Part shown: piece after piece, positions 34,701 through 47,926 of the stretch | Layout: every line of letters starts with the position of its first letter | Position numbering within the stretch: position 1 is the first letter of the stretch | From: Eledone cirrhosa | Taxonomy: Eukaryota | Length of the DNA: 64,000 nt | Direction of reading: 5' to 3' | NCBI GenBank assembly: GCA_964016885.1 | Contig: OZ024743.1 | Coordinates: 371,876,001-371,940,000 of the forward strand | Program-made: the position numbers and the translations under genes | Notes under the pieces: generated by a model | Databases searched by the model: none | What the model saw: the letters and a program-made list of their open reading frames with translations, nothing else | Told to the model about the DNA's origin: nothing

Positions 34701-36174
34701 CGTCCCTCAACTGCAATGTTTATGTGGCTGTTATTGTCCACCAACACCTTTTCTAGTATTTTGGAGATTCTTTCCGGGCTCATTTGCACCAGAATCTCCA
34801 AATTTGTACCAGACCAGGTGTGTCTGGTTGACTTTTTGATGGAGAGAATAGTGTCTTTTCTCTCCTCTAAAAATCCTGCCAATATCCACCAAATATTAAT
34901 ATTTGGTGGTATGTTTGAAACTCTAATTTTTTGTGTCCTTTTTCCCAGGTATGTAGGGAAAAAGGTGTATTTTTGTGACAGTATTGGCGTCACTGAATAT
35001 CTTTGTGCAAGGGCCTTGCTTTTGAGTACCGAAATACTCCCGTACTGTTTGGTCCTCAGCATAAAGTCAATGTCTGGCAATATCTTTATTAAGGTTGCCT
35101 CAATTTCCCCTTAACTGAGGAATGTTGGTCGTTTTGTTTCATTTGAAACAGTTCTGAAGGTAATTGTCCTTCGAAATGTTTCCAGACGAATTTCTGGTGG
35201 TGAGTTTATCTGAAATCCCCCGTTTTCACCGAAAGTGATAAACTCCTTTGCTTCAGAGAGCATCTGTTTCGCATTGGAGATATCGAGATCCTTGAATTCT
35301 TGTGTCTTGATGACTGTTTACGCAAAAGTTTTTTGGGTGTTGTCGTGGTTGTCGGGTTTTCTGTTTGTAGTTGTCAATGGTTTTATTTTCTGTTGTTTTT
35401 TCCGTCTGTTGTACTATGTGTGGTTTGGTCTTGTTTTTATTTTTGTTGTTCATATTGGTTTCCATGGTGACGCCAATACATACGGAGTTAGAAGTAACGT
35501 TATTATTTGTGACTGAGGGTTGGACGCCATGCTTTCCAGCATAGTTAAGTCCCTTTACGATCTGAGTTCAAATCTCGCCGAGGTTGACTTTGCCTTTCAT
35601 CCTTGCGGGGTCGATAAAATAAAGTACCAGTAATGCACTGGGTAATTGCTGGCCTTGTGCCTAAAGTAGAAACAATTATTTGTGACTGTTTCTGTATAAA
35701 TTATTTTGTTGTTGTTGTCGGGTTTTCCGTTTGTAGTTGTGTCAATTGTTTTTTCTGTTGATTTTGGTGTGTTGTATACTGTGTGGTTCACTGTGCGATT
35801 CAATTTTGTTTGTGTTGTCTACTTCACTTTCGTTACAGAAAGCTTTGTTGTTAACTACCTCGATACAGGCAAAATTTTTAGCAACATTAAAGTCTATTCC
35901 TTTTCTTTTTCCTTCTTCAACGTTCGCTCGCGTTCTTTCAACGCTTGCCATAGCTGATGCAAAATATTAAAAATTTTAAACAGTTTTCAAATTAATTTCA
36001 AATTAAATTTTCGCCCCTTTGGGGGCGAAAAATGAGATTGCCACCCAGCTGACAATTCAGCCTGGGGGTTAATCTACAAAACAATGTCTTTTTTTAAACA
36101 AGAATTTCTGTTTTTTGTAAATAAATTGACAGAAACTTACCAGCAAAATTGTGTGCGTCCAGCTACCAAGAGAG
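31711..36174 (-). mobile_element. Tx1/L1-clade LINE (copy 2), both ends present, internal ORF2 deletion, 8-bp TSD
   Basis: TSD ACAGATAG at 31703-31710 and 36175-36182. ORF1 remnant from ATG 35951 with CFRCNSTTHLKASC. APE (VGSLNMRGL, GDWNG) is fused at ~33505 to mid-RT (SIRQGCPLS, YADD). C-terminal CPRC..ETVQH. Confidence 0.92.
35516..35674 (+). mobile_element. 5'-truncated SINE (family A) inside Tx1 ORF1, 14-bp TSD
   Basis: TSD ATTATTTGTGACTG at 35502-35515 and 35675-35688. Confidence 0.92.
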
Positions 36175-36455
36175 ACAGATAGTTAGGTTATTAGCGTGAC
36201 ATAATTCCAGGATTCTGAAGCCTTCCTCATTTCTAGTACCAAACACATAGCCTCCATGGATTCAGTCATAGCCATCACAATGTTGTCCAACATAAACATT
36301 TAGGTCGCCAGCAATAATTATGTCGTCACTGTCGGTTATTTGGAAAGTAGTGAGCATTAGCGACTCATAGAACATATCTTTTATAATGTCAGGTAGGCCA
36401 GATTGGGGTGCATAAGCGGGTATTATTGTCACAGTAGTTCTATTTAGGACTAGTC
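36175..36455 (-). mobile_element. RTE-clade LINE fragment (APE N-terminal part)
   Basis: Minus strand reads YAPQSGL...IIAGDLN...GTRNEEGFRILELCHANNLTIC. Confidence 0.85.
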
Positions 36456-36794
36456 ATATTTTACATATATATTTATATATATATATATATATACACACAC
36501 ATACATATATATACTAACATATATATATATATATATACACATATAATATTCAAAATGTTAATAAATGAATACTCTAGGAAAATCAACTGTTGAGTGCTTC
36601 TAATCTATTGTAATATTGTATTCGTTGAGTAATCAACGAACCATATTAATCTTTGGTTATATACGAATATATATATATGTATATATACACACATACACAC
36701 ATATACACACATACATGCACATATATATACACACACACATATATATATATACACACACATATATACACACATACATATACACACACACACACAC

Positions 36795-36864
<70 letters not shown>

Positions 36865-39222
36865 GTAGATAAATCTACCAAAATATATGGTAGTGTCCAA
36901 TCCGTATGAAGAACTCAATGTAATCCAAATATGAAAAGAGATGTATTCAAAACATTTTTTGATGAAAATCACAGGAAAACGGAGTCAAGATAATTACCGA
37001 TCTTGTGGGCCTCTTTCTTCTATTTAACATAAATGCTTCTTTTCCCCACCTTAAAGGTGGTTTATATCGTGATGACTGTCTTCTTCTTTCCACTAACCTT
37101 AGCCTATCAGAAATTGAAAAAAATAAAAACTTATTAGAACTTTCCTCAAATGTAATAAAAAACTTATTAGAACTTTCCTCAAATGTAATAAAAAACTTAT
37201 TAGAACTTTCCTCAAATGTAATAGTCTCACTATTACATTTGAAAACACCAGTAAAGTAGTTAATTTCCTTGATATAACTTTAGACTTATCTATGGGTATC
37301 TACCAACCTTACCATAAACCAAACCAAAACTTATATTACATACACTCACAAGCCATTCACTCTAGATCTATCCTTAAAAACCTAGCATATAATATCTCAC
37401 TCAGAATTTCTAACCTTTCATCTAACCAGGATGTATTTGATAAAAATGCGACCTTTTATAACGAAGCTTTAGCTAGAAGCGGCCACAAAAACAAATTAGT
37501 CTATATACCTTGTACCAATAATACTACAAGCATACAACCCAATATTACCAACAAACACCAAATGAAAAATACACACCTAAATGCCACTCATTATACCCAA
37601 AAATACCAACTTAAAACTTAATTTCTCTACCTCTTCTCACATACAATATAATAACTTTCAAAAAACCATTCATCCTAATACTCTAATATATGTTAATAAC
37701 ATTACTAACAAAATTCCTAATAATCAGGCTAAAACACCTAAATCAGTGAATCTAACTAAACATATGTATAATATTAAAGATAATATCCCTAAAAAAATGT
37801 TCACTATCCTAGAGAAAAACTTCCCGCCAAACCATAAATACCATCAAATTTTAAATAGATCAACGGTCAAATTCTCCTATTCCACTACCAAAAATATACA
37901 ACAAAATATAACTGCCTACAATGCATATAAATGTAAAAAAAAACCATGAATATACCAAAACATCAAACTAACCATAATACTAAAATAAACCACAGCAAAC
38001 CACCATCTCCTTCACATACAACAAGTCGAGTAAATTCCACGCCTAATTTGACTAACTCCCCTGATATAATATTCCACGAAAGGTTGTAACTGTAGAAACA
38101 AAGGAAATTGCCTTATTAATAACATAGTATATAAATGTAAAATTACCCCTAAGGACTTAACTTATTCATATATAGGAGCTACTTCTAACCAATTTAAAGT
38201 AAGATTTAATACCCACAAACACAGTTTTAAAAATGCCACATTAGCTAATACAACATCCTTGGCTGAAATAATTAATAATTATAGAAAATAGAATATCGAT
38301 TATAACCTGACCTGGAGTGTGCTCAAAAGGGCCACCCCTTATCAAAATAACAGATATGAGTGTAGATTATGTTCCCAGGAACTTTTTGAAATAATGAAAT
38401 CTAAGGATATCCTATTAAATAAGCGACAAGAATTAATTATATCGTGCAATCATAGAATTAGAAGAACTTTCAAATATTATAAACCTAATTAATATACATT
38501 TATATTTTACAAATTATTATAATTATTTTTTTAAAAATTTAGTTAACCTATAATTAGTATTTTACTACTGAGAACTTCATAATTTTATTTCCCTTTTACA
38601 GCTATCTTTTCCTAAAATTAATACCTATAAGTATACATATAAACTATTTTAATTTCCTGTTATGAATCTAAATTCCTTGTAGTCTATATAAGTTTGTTAT
38701 TTCTCACTAATACATTTATCACCCAAAAAATTTTTTCCTTCGTTTTTAACAACATTCTTTAATAACATCTAACTCTTATTTATCACATCTATATGAATTA
38801 ATATAAATTTATCCCTATAAGTATACCTATCAATTAAATTAATTTAATTTCTTTTTATAGATCTAAATTCCTTATGTTTTTAATAAGATTGGTATTTCTC
38901 ACTAACACATTTATCCTAAAATGTTATTCTCCTTCGATTTTAATATTAGCATTATTCTTTAATAACATCAAATTTTCGTGTACCTTTCACCGGCTTGACC
39001 TCTTTTCATCCCCAAAGTAATCTTTTCATCCAAAATATTCTTTCCATTCAAAACTGAAGTCTGCATTCCTCTACCCCTAAATTAAATTTCTACTACTACT
39101 ATTCTATCAATTTGACCACTTACTACTTTTCTATTGGTCAATTCAAAACCTGTTCCCAAACAGACCTATTATATTAAATCTTTGTTGTTTTTTTTTTCAA
39201 TAAACAAATATCATTATTTCTG

Positions 39223-39402
39223 GTGGATTGGCAGTATCGGTAGATAGTCGGACGCCATGCTTTCCAGCATAGTTACGTCCCTTTACGATCTGAGTTCAAA
39301 TCCCGCCGAGGTTGACTTTGCCTTTCATCCTTACGGGGTCGATAAAATAAAGTACCAGTAATGCACTGGGTAATTGCTGGCCTTGTGCCTAAAGTAGAAA
39401 CA
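39223..39402 (+). mobile_element. SINE (family A), 10-bp TSD
   Basis: TSD ATTATTTCTG at 39213-39222 and 39403-39412. Confidence 0.92.
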
Positions 39403-39538
39403 ATTATTTCTGAAGACAGCATATATATGTGTAGGTATGTATATTCCCTCTGATAGTTTGTAAAATTTTTACATAGATCTATATGATATACATACCAACA
39501 CACACATATATATCCTAGAAACGATCGTAAAATGATGA
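39403..39538 (+). ncRNA. Type I hammerhead ribozyme with long stem II (partly decayed)
   Basis: CTGAAGA 39410-39416, GAAA 39518-39521, palindromic CGATCG, TA cleavage site. Stem I (TC)ATTATTT/AAATGATGA. Stem II ATATATATGTGT..GGTATGTATAT / ATATACATACC..ACACATATATAT, with mismatches at its base. Confidence 0.72.
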
Positions 39539-39588
39539 ATTTTTTAATATAAGGAACTGTTTCTTTGTTTTTATTCATTGTTTTTATA

Positions 39589-39752
39589 AACAATACAATA
39601 TAATTACCTCATTACCAGAGATTTCCCGAATAAGACGAATACGAAAAACGCCCTCATTTGTTCGTCGGACAACCGACGAACAAATGAGGACGTTTTTCGA
39701 TTTCGTCTTATTCGGGAAATCTCTGGTAATGAGGTAATTATATTGTATTGTT
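39589..39752. repeat. Near-perfect palindrome (80-bp arms, 4-nt loop)
   Basis: 39589-39668 is the reverse complement of 39673-39752, with 3 mismatches counted by eye. Confidence 0.95.
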
Positions 39753-40189
39753 ATTATACATTAAATTTTGCTCTGGTACTTACATAGAGCACTCTTCACT
39801 CCTATGACTTTTTCAATTTTCAACGGAAACTTCAATACTTATATATATATATATCATCATCATCGTTTAACATCTATCTTCCACACTAGCATGGGTTAGA
39901 CGGGAATTGTCCCACTTGAGGCAAGATTGGTTGGTGACCGTGTATCGTTCGTATAGGACTATCTGGCAGGTTTTCTACACCTGGATGCCCCTTCCTAACA
40001 CCAACCACATTTACAGTGTGGTCTGGGATGTTTTTACTGTGTTACCTACACGTCCACCTACATGACTTCATTAGTTTGGACTGGATGTTGTGGTACCAAC
40101 ATAACTTTACAGAGAAAGGGTGGTGTTGGTGGGAGTGGGAGGGTGGAGTAGGGGTAGTGGGTTGCAGTGTATATTTGGTTAAGAGGTGC

Positions 40190-40960
40190 CTACTGACTGT
40201 AGCTTTCGCTTTGTAAATAGGCAAGGCGGGTCTTCTGTATTACTGCGTGGCGCCAAAGATCTCGGTCAAGTAACATTGTCTTAGAGAGGTGCAAGTGTAT
40301 AAAGTCTGAATTTAATCAAATCGTCCCAAGTTTTTCTGGGTCTACCTATTCCGTAACTTCCATCAATTTTGATCGCTCTGCACTTTTTTTATACAGCTGT
40401 CTTTCTTTGCGCATCATGTGACCATACCAACGTAGTCTTCTCTCAAGTAAACAGCATCTGATCCCTCTTATTCCTAATTTCTCACTTAGTTCATTTATGC
40501 TTTGCCGTTCGCGTATATTACTATTACACATTCAACGGAGCATGCATGCTTTGTTCCTTTCCAGTCTGCGCAGGTCCTCTGCACACAATGCCCATGTCTC
40601 CCTGCCATGTAACATTGCTGTTCACATACAGGAATCATACAGTCTGCCTTTCATTTTTAGAGAGAAACCTTTTGTGGCCAACAGCGGTATAAGCTCTCTG
40701 AACTTTTTCCATCCAGTTCTGACTCTGGCTACTGTACTTTTAGAGCCCCCCCCCCTCCGGCACTGTTGATTTTTGTCACCCAGGTAACAGAAAGTGTCCA
40801 CTATTTCTATAGAACCATCTGGGCAATAGAAGAAGCTAGTATCCTGTGTGCACTTGGTACTTATTGCACCTAAGCATTGGCCACATATAATATCTGCATT
40901 CTTAGATCCCACTACATCTTTTATGTACCCATATTATGCATTTGGGACATAAAATGGATA
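40190..40960 (-). mobile_element. RTE-clade LINE 3' fragment
   Basis: VDTFCYLGD, ARVRTGWKKFREL, KGRLYDSC, RRLRWYGHMMR. Confidence 0.88.
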
Positions 40961-41000
40961 CACACACACATGCGCACATATATATGTATATATACATATA

Positions 41001-41290
41001 GTGGAGGCACATGGCTTAGTGGTTAGAGCATTGGCCTTGCAATCGAAAGGTTGTGAGTTCAATTCTCGGACCGGGTGATGTGCTGTTTCCTTGAGCAAGA
41101 GACTTTATTTCTCGTTGCTCCAGTCCACTGCAAAGTGGTCGTGGAGGTGCCACGGCAAAAAAGCACACAGCACTCACTGTAAATGAGGTTGGTGTTAGGA
41201 AGGGCATCCAGCTGTAGAAATTAAGCCAGTATCAATTCCCGTCCCACCCTTGCAAGCAGGGAAACGTGGACGTAAAATGATGATGATGAC
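41001..41290 (+). mobile_element. tRNA-derived SINE with RTE-type 3' tail (family B)
   Basis: A box TGGCTTAGTGG, B box GAGTTCAATTC, tail CCCGTCCCACCCTTGCAAGCAGGGAAA..(TGA)n. Confidence 0.9.
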
Positions 41291-41730
41291 GAATGAATGG
41301 TTCATTCTACTGACATGGCTTTAAAAATGATACTTGTTTGCATAATTGCAAACGAATCGAATATAGCTCATATGCGTGTTTCGCCCAGGGGAGCAGATAT
41401 TAAAAGCAGTCTTTAATTACAGACTCTGATTGGGTATAATAATTTCACATCGCCATGCATAGTAATTTTAAATGTTATGGGTATAAATACGGTGAAAGGA
41501 GTATAGTGTGCTAAGGGAGGTAATTACCGGTGCCCGTTTAAAGTTTACTGCATAACTTATTACCAGTACCAGCTATCCTGTTACGATACTGTAACCTATT
41601 ATTATATACCACATATATATGTATATACACACACACACACACACATCTATATATATATTACATAACTATTAAGCTCTGTAACCTACATAGAGCACTCTTT
41701 TTTCCTGGACCTTTCCGACGGAATTACTTC

Positions 41731-41789
<59 letters not shown>

Positions 41790-41802
<13 letters not shown>

Positions 41803-44800
41803 GCAAGTTTACGATTCTCTGTGTCCGCCTAAAACTAGCAAACTACTGGACCAAACTCATTAAAATTACCTGTACATATTCACTATACACTCGGACAGGT
41901 AACGGTCGAAAAAGTTTTACTTTGCAAAGCAAGGAATTTATTTAAATTAAATTTATCTTATATTCTAATGAATATCAAAAGAGATCATCTATTTTGTTAT
42001 TTTTATGTTCTCCAGTTTGTAGATAAGAGAGTGAGGGATGGGAGAGAGAGAAAGAGAGAGAGTAAGGGATGAGAGAAAGAAAGAAAGGGTAAGAGGATGA
42101 GAGAGAAATACGATGAAAGAGAGAGAGGGAAAGCAACAAGCGTTGTTAACTTTTATTTATTTATTGTTTTTACACACTTTTTAACTCTCCCGCTTAACGT
42201 TATTTATCTTTTCTTTATTTTTGGTTCTCTATTCTGTAGAGAGAAGGGGGATGTGAGAGAGAAAAAGAGAGAGAGAGTAATGGGATGGGAGAGAGAGAGG
42301 GAAGTAGCCAGCGTTCATTAATTTTTATTTATTTATCATTTTTACACACTTCTTAACTCTCCCAATGTTATTTATTTTTTGTTCGCTATTCTGTAGAGAA
42401 AAACACCCTTCGAGTGGTTTTCTGCTAGCATGTGTAGTGTGTATATTGATATTATACTCAGGTAGATATGATACATCAAATAAAATCGTAATTGACAATA
42501 TATAATACATAGAAATTGAACGAAGTAATCAGTAACGTAATCCATGATACATTAAAAAAGACGATATTATATATGAACTGCATTAGGAGAAAATTAGTGA
42601 CGGAAAATTAGTACGTTTATTTTAGCGATCGCCACCGGAAGTGTTGACATTTCAGAAATTTTAAAGAAGTGAATCATTAAATAAACAAAATATATTTAAT
42701 GAACAGCCACAAAATTTAGTAGATAAATTATGTAATATTCATTCATTATTTATTCAAAGTAATCCAACTTATTTTACAAACGTTGGATAAAAAATGATAA
42801 TTTCAGAATACAATCTGAAATCCCAATATTTTCTACATATGTCTAAAATTAATTACACCTAATATACATTCATATAAAGAGATCATTTAAAACAACTTTA
42901 CTGAGTGAACAATACATTCTATAGTTGTTTCTATTTCGGAAAGAGTGTGGTGTGTATACTTTTGGCACAAGGCCAGCAATTATTCCAGTGCATTACTGGT
43001 ACTTTATTTTATCGTGTGGTGTGTAATAATATCACTTCAAATTCCTAGAAAACGTTCCAGATCATTATATGGAAGGTCATCTTCAGAGGCTAAGAGAAAG
43101 AAAACACAGCGATCTGAAGAAAGTGAAGAAGTTCGGCATGCCCGTCTAGCTGCTAACGGAGCCTAAACAGCTTTAGCATGAGCACACCGTTTGGATGAAA
43201 GGGAACAAAGGACTGCTGCTACACGAGAACAACAAATTAAGGAACAGCAGCAAATCAGACGAAATGCTAATGAAGCACATCGTTCTACTACCCGAGCAGG
43301 AGAACAAGCCACAGTAAAATGAACTGGCTGATGGGTGCTTTTTCTTATGACCCCCAAAAGGACTACAGCAGTAATCCACAAATCAACATTGGGAAAATGA
43401 ACAAATGCTGCCAGTATTGTGGTGCCAAGAAGTGGGCAGCAGAAACACCTAGTCTATGCATTTCTGAAGTCTATGAATTTCTGAAGAATCTGCTCCTTCA
43501 GCATACACCAGAAGCACGACACTTCAATAAATACATCATCATCATTTCATCATTTCATTTTACGTCCACTTTTCCCTGCTTGCAAGGGTAGGACGGGAAC
43601 TGATTCTGGCTTGATTTCTACAGCTGGATGCCCTTCCTAACACCAACCTCATTTACAGTGAGTGCTGGGTGCTTTTTTGCTGTGGCAGCTCCACGACCAC
43701 TTTGCAGTGGAATGATAGGGACCCCAATCCCTATTATCTCATTTCTACAGCTGAGTAAACTGGAGCAATGTGAAATAAAGTGCCTTGCTCAAGGAAACAA
43801 CACATCACCCGGTCTGAGAATTGAACTCACAACCTTTCGATTGCAAGGCCAATGCTCTAACCACTAAGCCATGTGCCTCTACATAAAATATAATTCTGCT
43901 TTTCAAATGACATTTGGGGCTGACGGGAATGTGACTGACTTTAGATTCTGTACAACTTATAAAATTCAGGTACAGTGTTACCACTTAATGGGTGGCCTTC
44001 TGCCACTTTCACAGGAGCCTCACACATTTGTGCAGGTTTACTTCATCGGTGGAAATGAAACACAGGCACAACAAAGATGTACCAATGTCCATGGTGGATT
44101 GCAGTTCTACATAGTCATAAAGTTACAAGAAATGCTTCACCAACATCACATGTACGTCAGTGTATTTAAATATGCACTGGAGCATATGAACAACACCAGA
44201 GATCGTTAAATCATCATTAGGGCAGACAAACGCCCAGCTTCAGAACATGAACGCAGATTCAATGCACCTGTCACTGATGAAGTTGCAATCATAATGGTTA
44301 ATGAACAGCATGAACGACGTGACATTGTTTTGCAAAAACGAAGTGGACATTTGGAGCAAATTTGTGAAACTCATAGAGCTTATGATTCACTCCAATATCT
44401 GCTCATCTTTTGGAATGGTCAAGATGGATATCATTTTCAGCTACGGCAGAACAGCCCAGGAACGGGACAAGAAACTGGCCGATCAATCAGCTGCAAAGGA
44501 TTCTATGCTTATCATTTCATGGTACGTGACCACTTCAACCAAGTTCTGCGATTCAAAGAAGTAACCAGCCAGTTCATGGTGTACATGTATGCCAAAATTG
44601 AAACAGAAAGATTGGGTTTTCTACGAAGGAATTAAACTAAGTTGAGGGCAGATAACTACATCCACCTTAGAGATGCTGTCAATTCTGATGTTGACCCAAG
44701 AAATATTGACCAGCCAGTCATACTACCATCAAGCTTCACGGGAGGACAACGTTACATGCATGAACATACGCAAGATGCAATGACCTATGTCAGAAAATTT

Positions 44801-47800
44801 GGTCGGCCAGATCTCTTCATTACATTTACATGCAATTCAAACGGGTCAGAAATTATTTCAAAATCATTTCAAAATTATTTCAAAATTATTTCAAAATCAT
44901 TTCAAAATCAAAACCAAAGGATCGACATGACCTCATTGCTCGGGTTTTCCATGAAAAGCAAAAAGAACTCATCTGGCTCCTAAAAGAAGGAAGAATCTTT
45001 GGTGAGCTTGGTGCTTGGATGACCACTATTGAGTGGCAGACGAGAGGTCTTCCTCACTCTCACACACTGATCTGGTGCAAGGAGAAGATAAGACTAGATG
45101 ATGTTGATAAGATCATTTCAGCAGAGTTGTCTGGTAAAGGTAGTGATCCAGAGCTCTTTGAAACCATCAAGTCCAAACTCATTCATGGTCCATGTGGAGT
45201 CATCAATCCAGCCTCTCCCTGCATGAAAGATAAAAAAATGCAGCAAACATCCTAGAGCTTTTATTTGGGAAACTCGAACTGACAATAATGGATACCCCCT
45301 TCATCGTAGGCGTAAACCAGAACATGGAGGCAATACTGCAAGCCTAACAGTTCAAGGAGAGGAGCTGACCAAAAACAATCATTGAGTCGTCCCACACAAC
45401 AAATTGTTGTGTAAACTTTTAAAAGCTCATATCAATGTTGAGTATTGCAGCTCCATCAAGGCAATCCTATATGTCACAAAATATATCAATAAGGGCAGTG
45501 ACATGGCTACCTTTATTACTGACAAAGAACTCAATAATGGTGGGCTGGATGAGGTCAAACGGTATCAAACAGGTTGATACATCTCCAGCAATGAAGCTAT
45601 CTGGCGAATCTTTGGATTTGATATCCATCAACGCCACCCAACAGTTGTCAACCTCGCAGTCCATCTGGAAAATGGACAGAGAGTGTACTTCACTAAGATC
45701 ACTGCTCATCAGTTAGCACAAGCATCACATGACACTACACTAACTGCTTTCTTTAAACTCTGTCAGAAGGATGAATTTGCTCGATCCCTCCTATATACTA
45801 AAGTCCCAACATACTACACCTGGACCAATTGCAAGACCTGGAATCGAAGAAAGAAGGGTCATTTAGTGGAAGGTCGTGAAGTCAAGTCAAGTGATGCTAT
45901 TGGGCGTGTTTACAATGTCCATCCCAACAACAGAGAATGTTTTTATTCACAGCTACTTCTGCATACTGTTCGAGGACCAACGTCATTTAAGGATCTTAGG
46001 TGCTTCAGAGGAAGGGAGTGTGCAACATACCAAGAAGCATGTAAACAGCATGGACTCCTGCATGACAATGGACACTGGAAGAAGAGCCTAGAAGAAGCAA
46101 CAATCACTCAAGTAGCCAGTCAAATAAGACAATTATTTGCTATTATGCTCACAGCATGTGGAATTGATGAAGCTCATCTCTGGCAGGAGTACAAAAACAA
46201 TATGTCGGACCACTATCTACACCTAGCTCGAAGACATCATGGCAATATGTGTATGGAATATACCCCCAGGATTTACAATCAAGCTGTCTGTGACCTGTCC
46301 CACCGAGTTCAGGCAATGAATAGCACATTAGCTAACTGCGGGATGCCAGAGCCAGATGAAGAAATGGAGGTAGCACAAGACATTTTTCAGGAGACAAACT
46401 ACGATATTCAAGCATTGTGTAAGTTTGTGGATGAAAATGAACCTCGATTGATGGATGATCAGAAATACGCCTACCACAACATCATTGAAAACATTCAAAA
46501 TGACAGGGGAGGAATTTTCTTCATCGATGCTCCTGCTGGCACTGGCAAGACATTCCTCATAAACCTCCTGCTTGCAAAAGTTCGCCAAAAGCAACATATT
46601 GCCCTTGCTGTGGCTTCAAGTGGCATTGCAGCAACATTTCTGGATGGAGGAAGAACTGCACACCATGTTTAAGATGCCCATAGATCTCACACGGCATGAA
46701 CAATCTTTTTGCAACATCAAGAAGAACTCATCCAAGGGCAAGCTTCTGCAAACATGCAAGATGATAATTTGGGATGAAGCTACTATGAGCCATAAAGGAG
46801 CAATTGAAGCTTTGGACCGGATGATAAGGGATCTGAGAGAAAATAGTTGCATAATGGGAGGAGTGACAATGGTTCTTGCTGGTGATTTCAGACAGACTCT
46901 GCCTGTAATTCTTCGAGGGACTCGAGCTGATCAGGTCAATGCCTGTCTGAAAACATCCTATCTCTGGCCCCACTTTCAGCTGCTGAGCCTTACAACCAAC
47001 ATGCGAGTGCACTTAACTGGTGACGAAGGTGTCAGTGAGTTTGCCATCCAACTACTTAAATTGGGAAATGGACTTCTTGAAAAGGACTCCAATGACCATA
47101 TTCAGTTGTCATTTGGCCACACAGATCAAGAAATGATTGCCAGAGTGTTTCCAAACATTCAGACCAGGCAATGTGATCCAAAATGGCTCTGTGAACGAGC
47201 AATCTTAGCACCTAAAAATGTTGCTGTGAAAGAAATCAACAGGAGGCTGCTGGAGATGTTACCGGGAAAGAAAATATGCTACAAATCAGTTGACACAATC
47301 ACTTCTCAAGACCAGGTTGTAAACTATCCAACTGAATTTTTGAACAGTCTTGAACGAGCGGGAATTCCTCCACACAACCTGATACTGAAGCTTGTAGCAT
47401 CGGTTATGCTACTTCGCAATCTGGATCCTCCTAAACTTTGTAATGGCACAAGACTCATCATCAAAAATATGATGAAGTTGCAATCATGTCAGGAAAATTT
47501 GCTGGTGACAATTGTTTCATTCCCAGAATACCTCTGAAGCCAACTGATTTACCATTTGAATTTCAAAGACTTCAATTTCCGATCAGGCTCAGTTTTGCCA
47601 TGACCATTAATAAATCTCAAGGGCAATCATTGAAAGTCGTTGGGTTGAATCTGGCAGTTCCTGTCTTTTCACATGGTCAACTCTGTTGGCACAACAAGGG
47701 TTGGGAACCCTGATTGTCTCTTCATTGTGGCACCACAGGGCAAAACCAAGAATGTTGTTTATCCAGAGTCTTTGGAATGAGCAATGTCGTAATTCCTCAT

Positions 47801-47926
47801 TCAATGACAATACACACAGATCCTAATTCTTTAGTCATGTAGTTTGCAAGGAATTCTGAAGCCGCAAATTTACTGCATGGTGTTACTTTGGAAGAATATG
47901 CAGGCATTCCCGGGCACCTCTGCTAT
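41790..47926 (+). mobile_element. Decayed autonomous Helitron (Rep + PIF1 helicase)
   Basis: Fragmented ORF ~43040-47790: FGRPDLFITFTCN, EWQTRGLPHSH (HUH), [47 protein letters not shown]. The 3' end is GC-rich CCCGGGCAC..TGCTAT (degenerate CTAG). The 5' end abuts (TA)n. Confidence 0.93.
43537..43880 (-). mobile_element. SINE (family B) inserted in Helitron ORF
   Basis: Reverse-complement relative of 41001-41290, with a short TACAT duplication. The Helitron frame reads HFNKYI|KYNSAFQM across it. Confidence 0.9.

Larger units (their letters stand above)
36995..39840 (+). mobile_element. Decayed Penelope-like element (Hydra-clade-like) with long AT-rich 3' region
   Basis: GLYRDD, VNFLDITLDL, YQPYHKPN, RISNLSSN, GCNCRNKGNC, IVYKC..YIGATSNQFKVRFNTHKHSF, CRLCSQE (~37000-38490). 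Has a 33-bp triplication at ~37125-37222, a ~190-bp-spaced duplication at ~38620-38970 and a hammerhead at 39403. The 3' limit is approximate. Confidence 0.82.

Noticed and set aside
37125-37222. Three 33-bp direct repeats, superficially array-like
   Set aside because: They are head-to-tail with no spacers, a local slippage in a decayed PLE. A similar case occurs at 44850-44910 in the Helitron.
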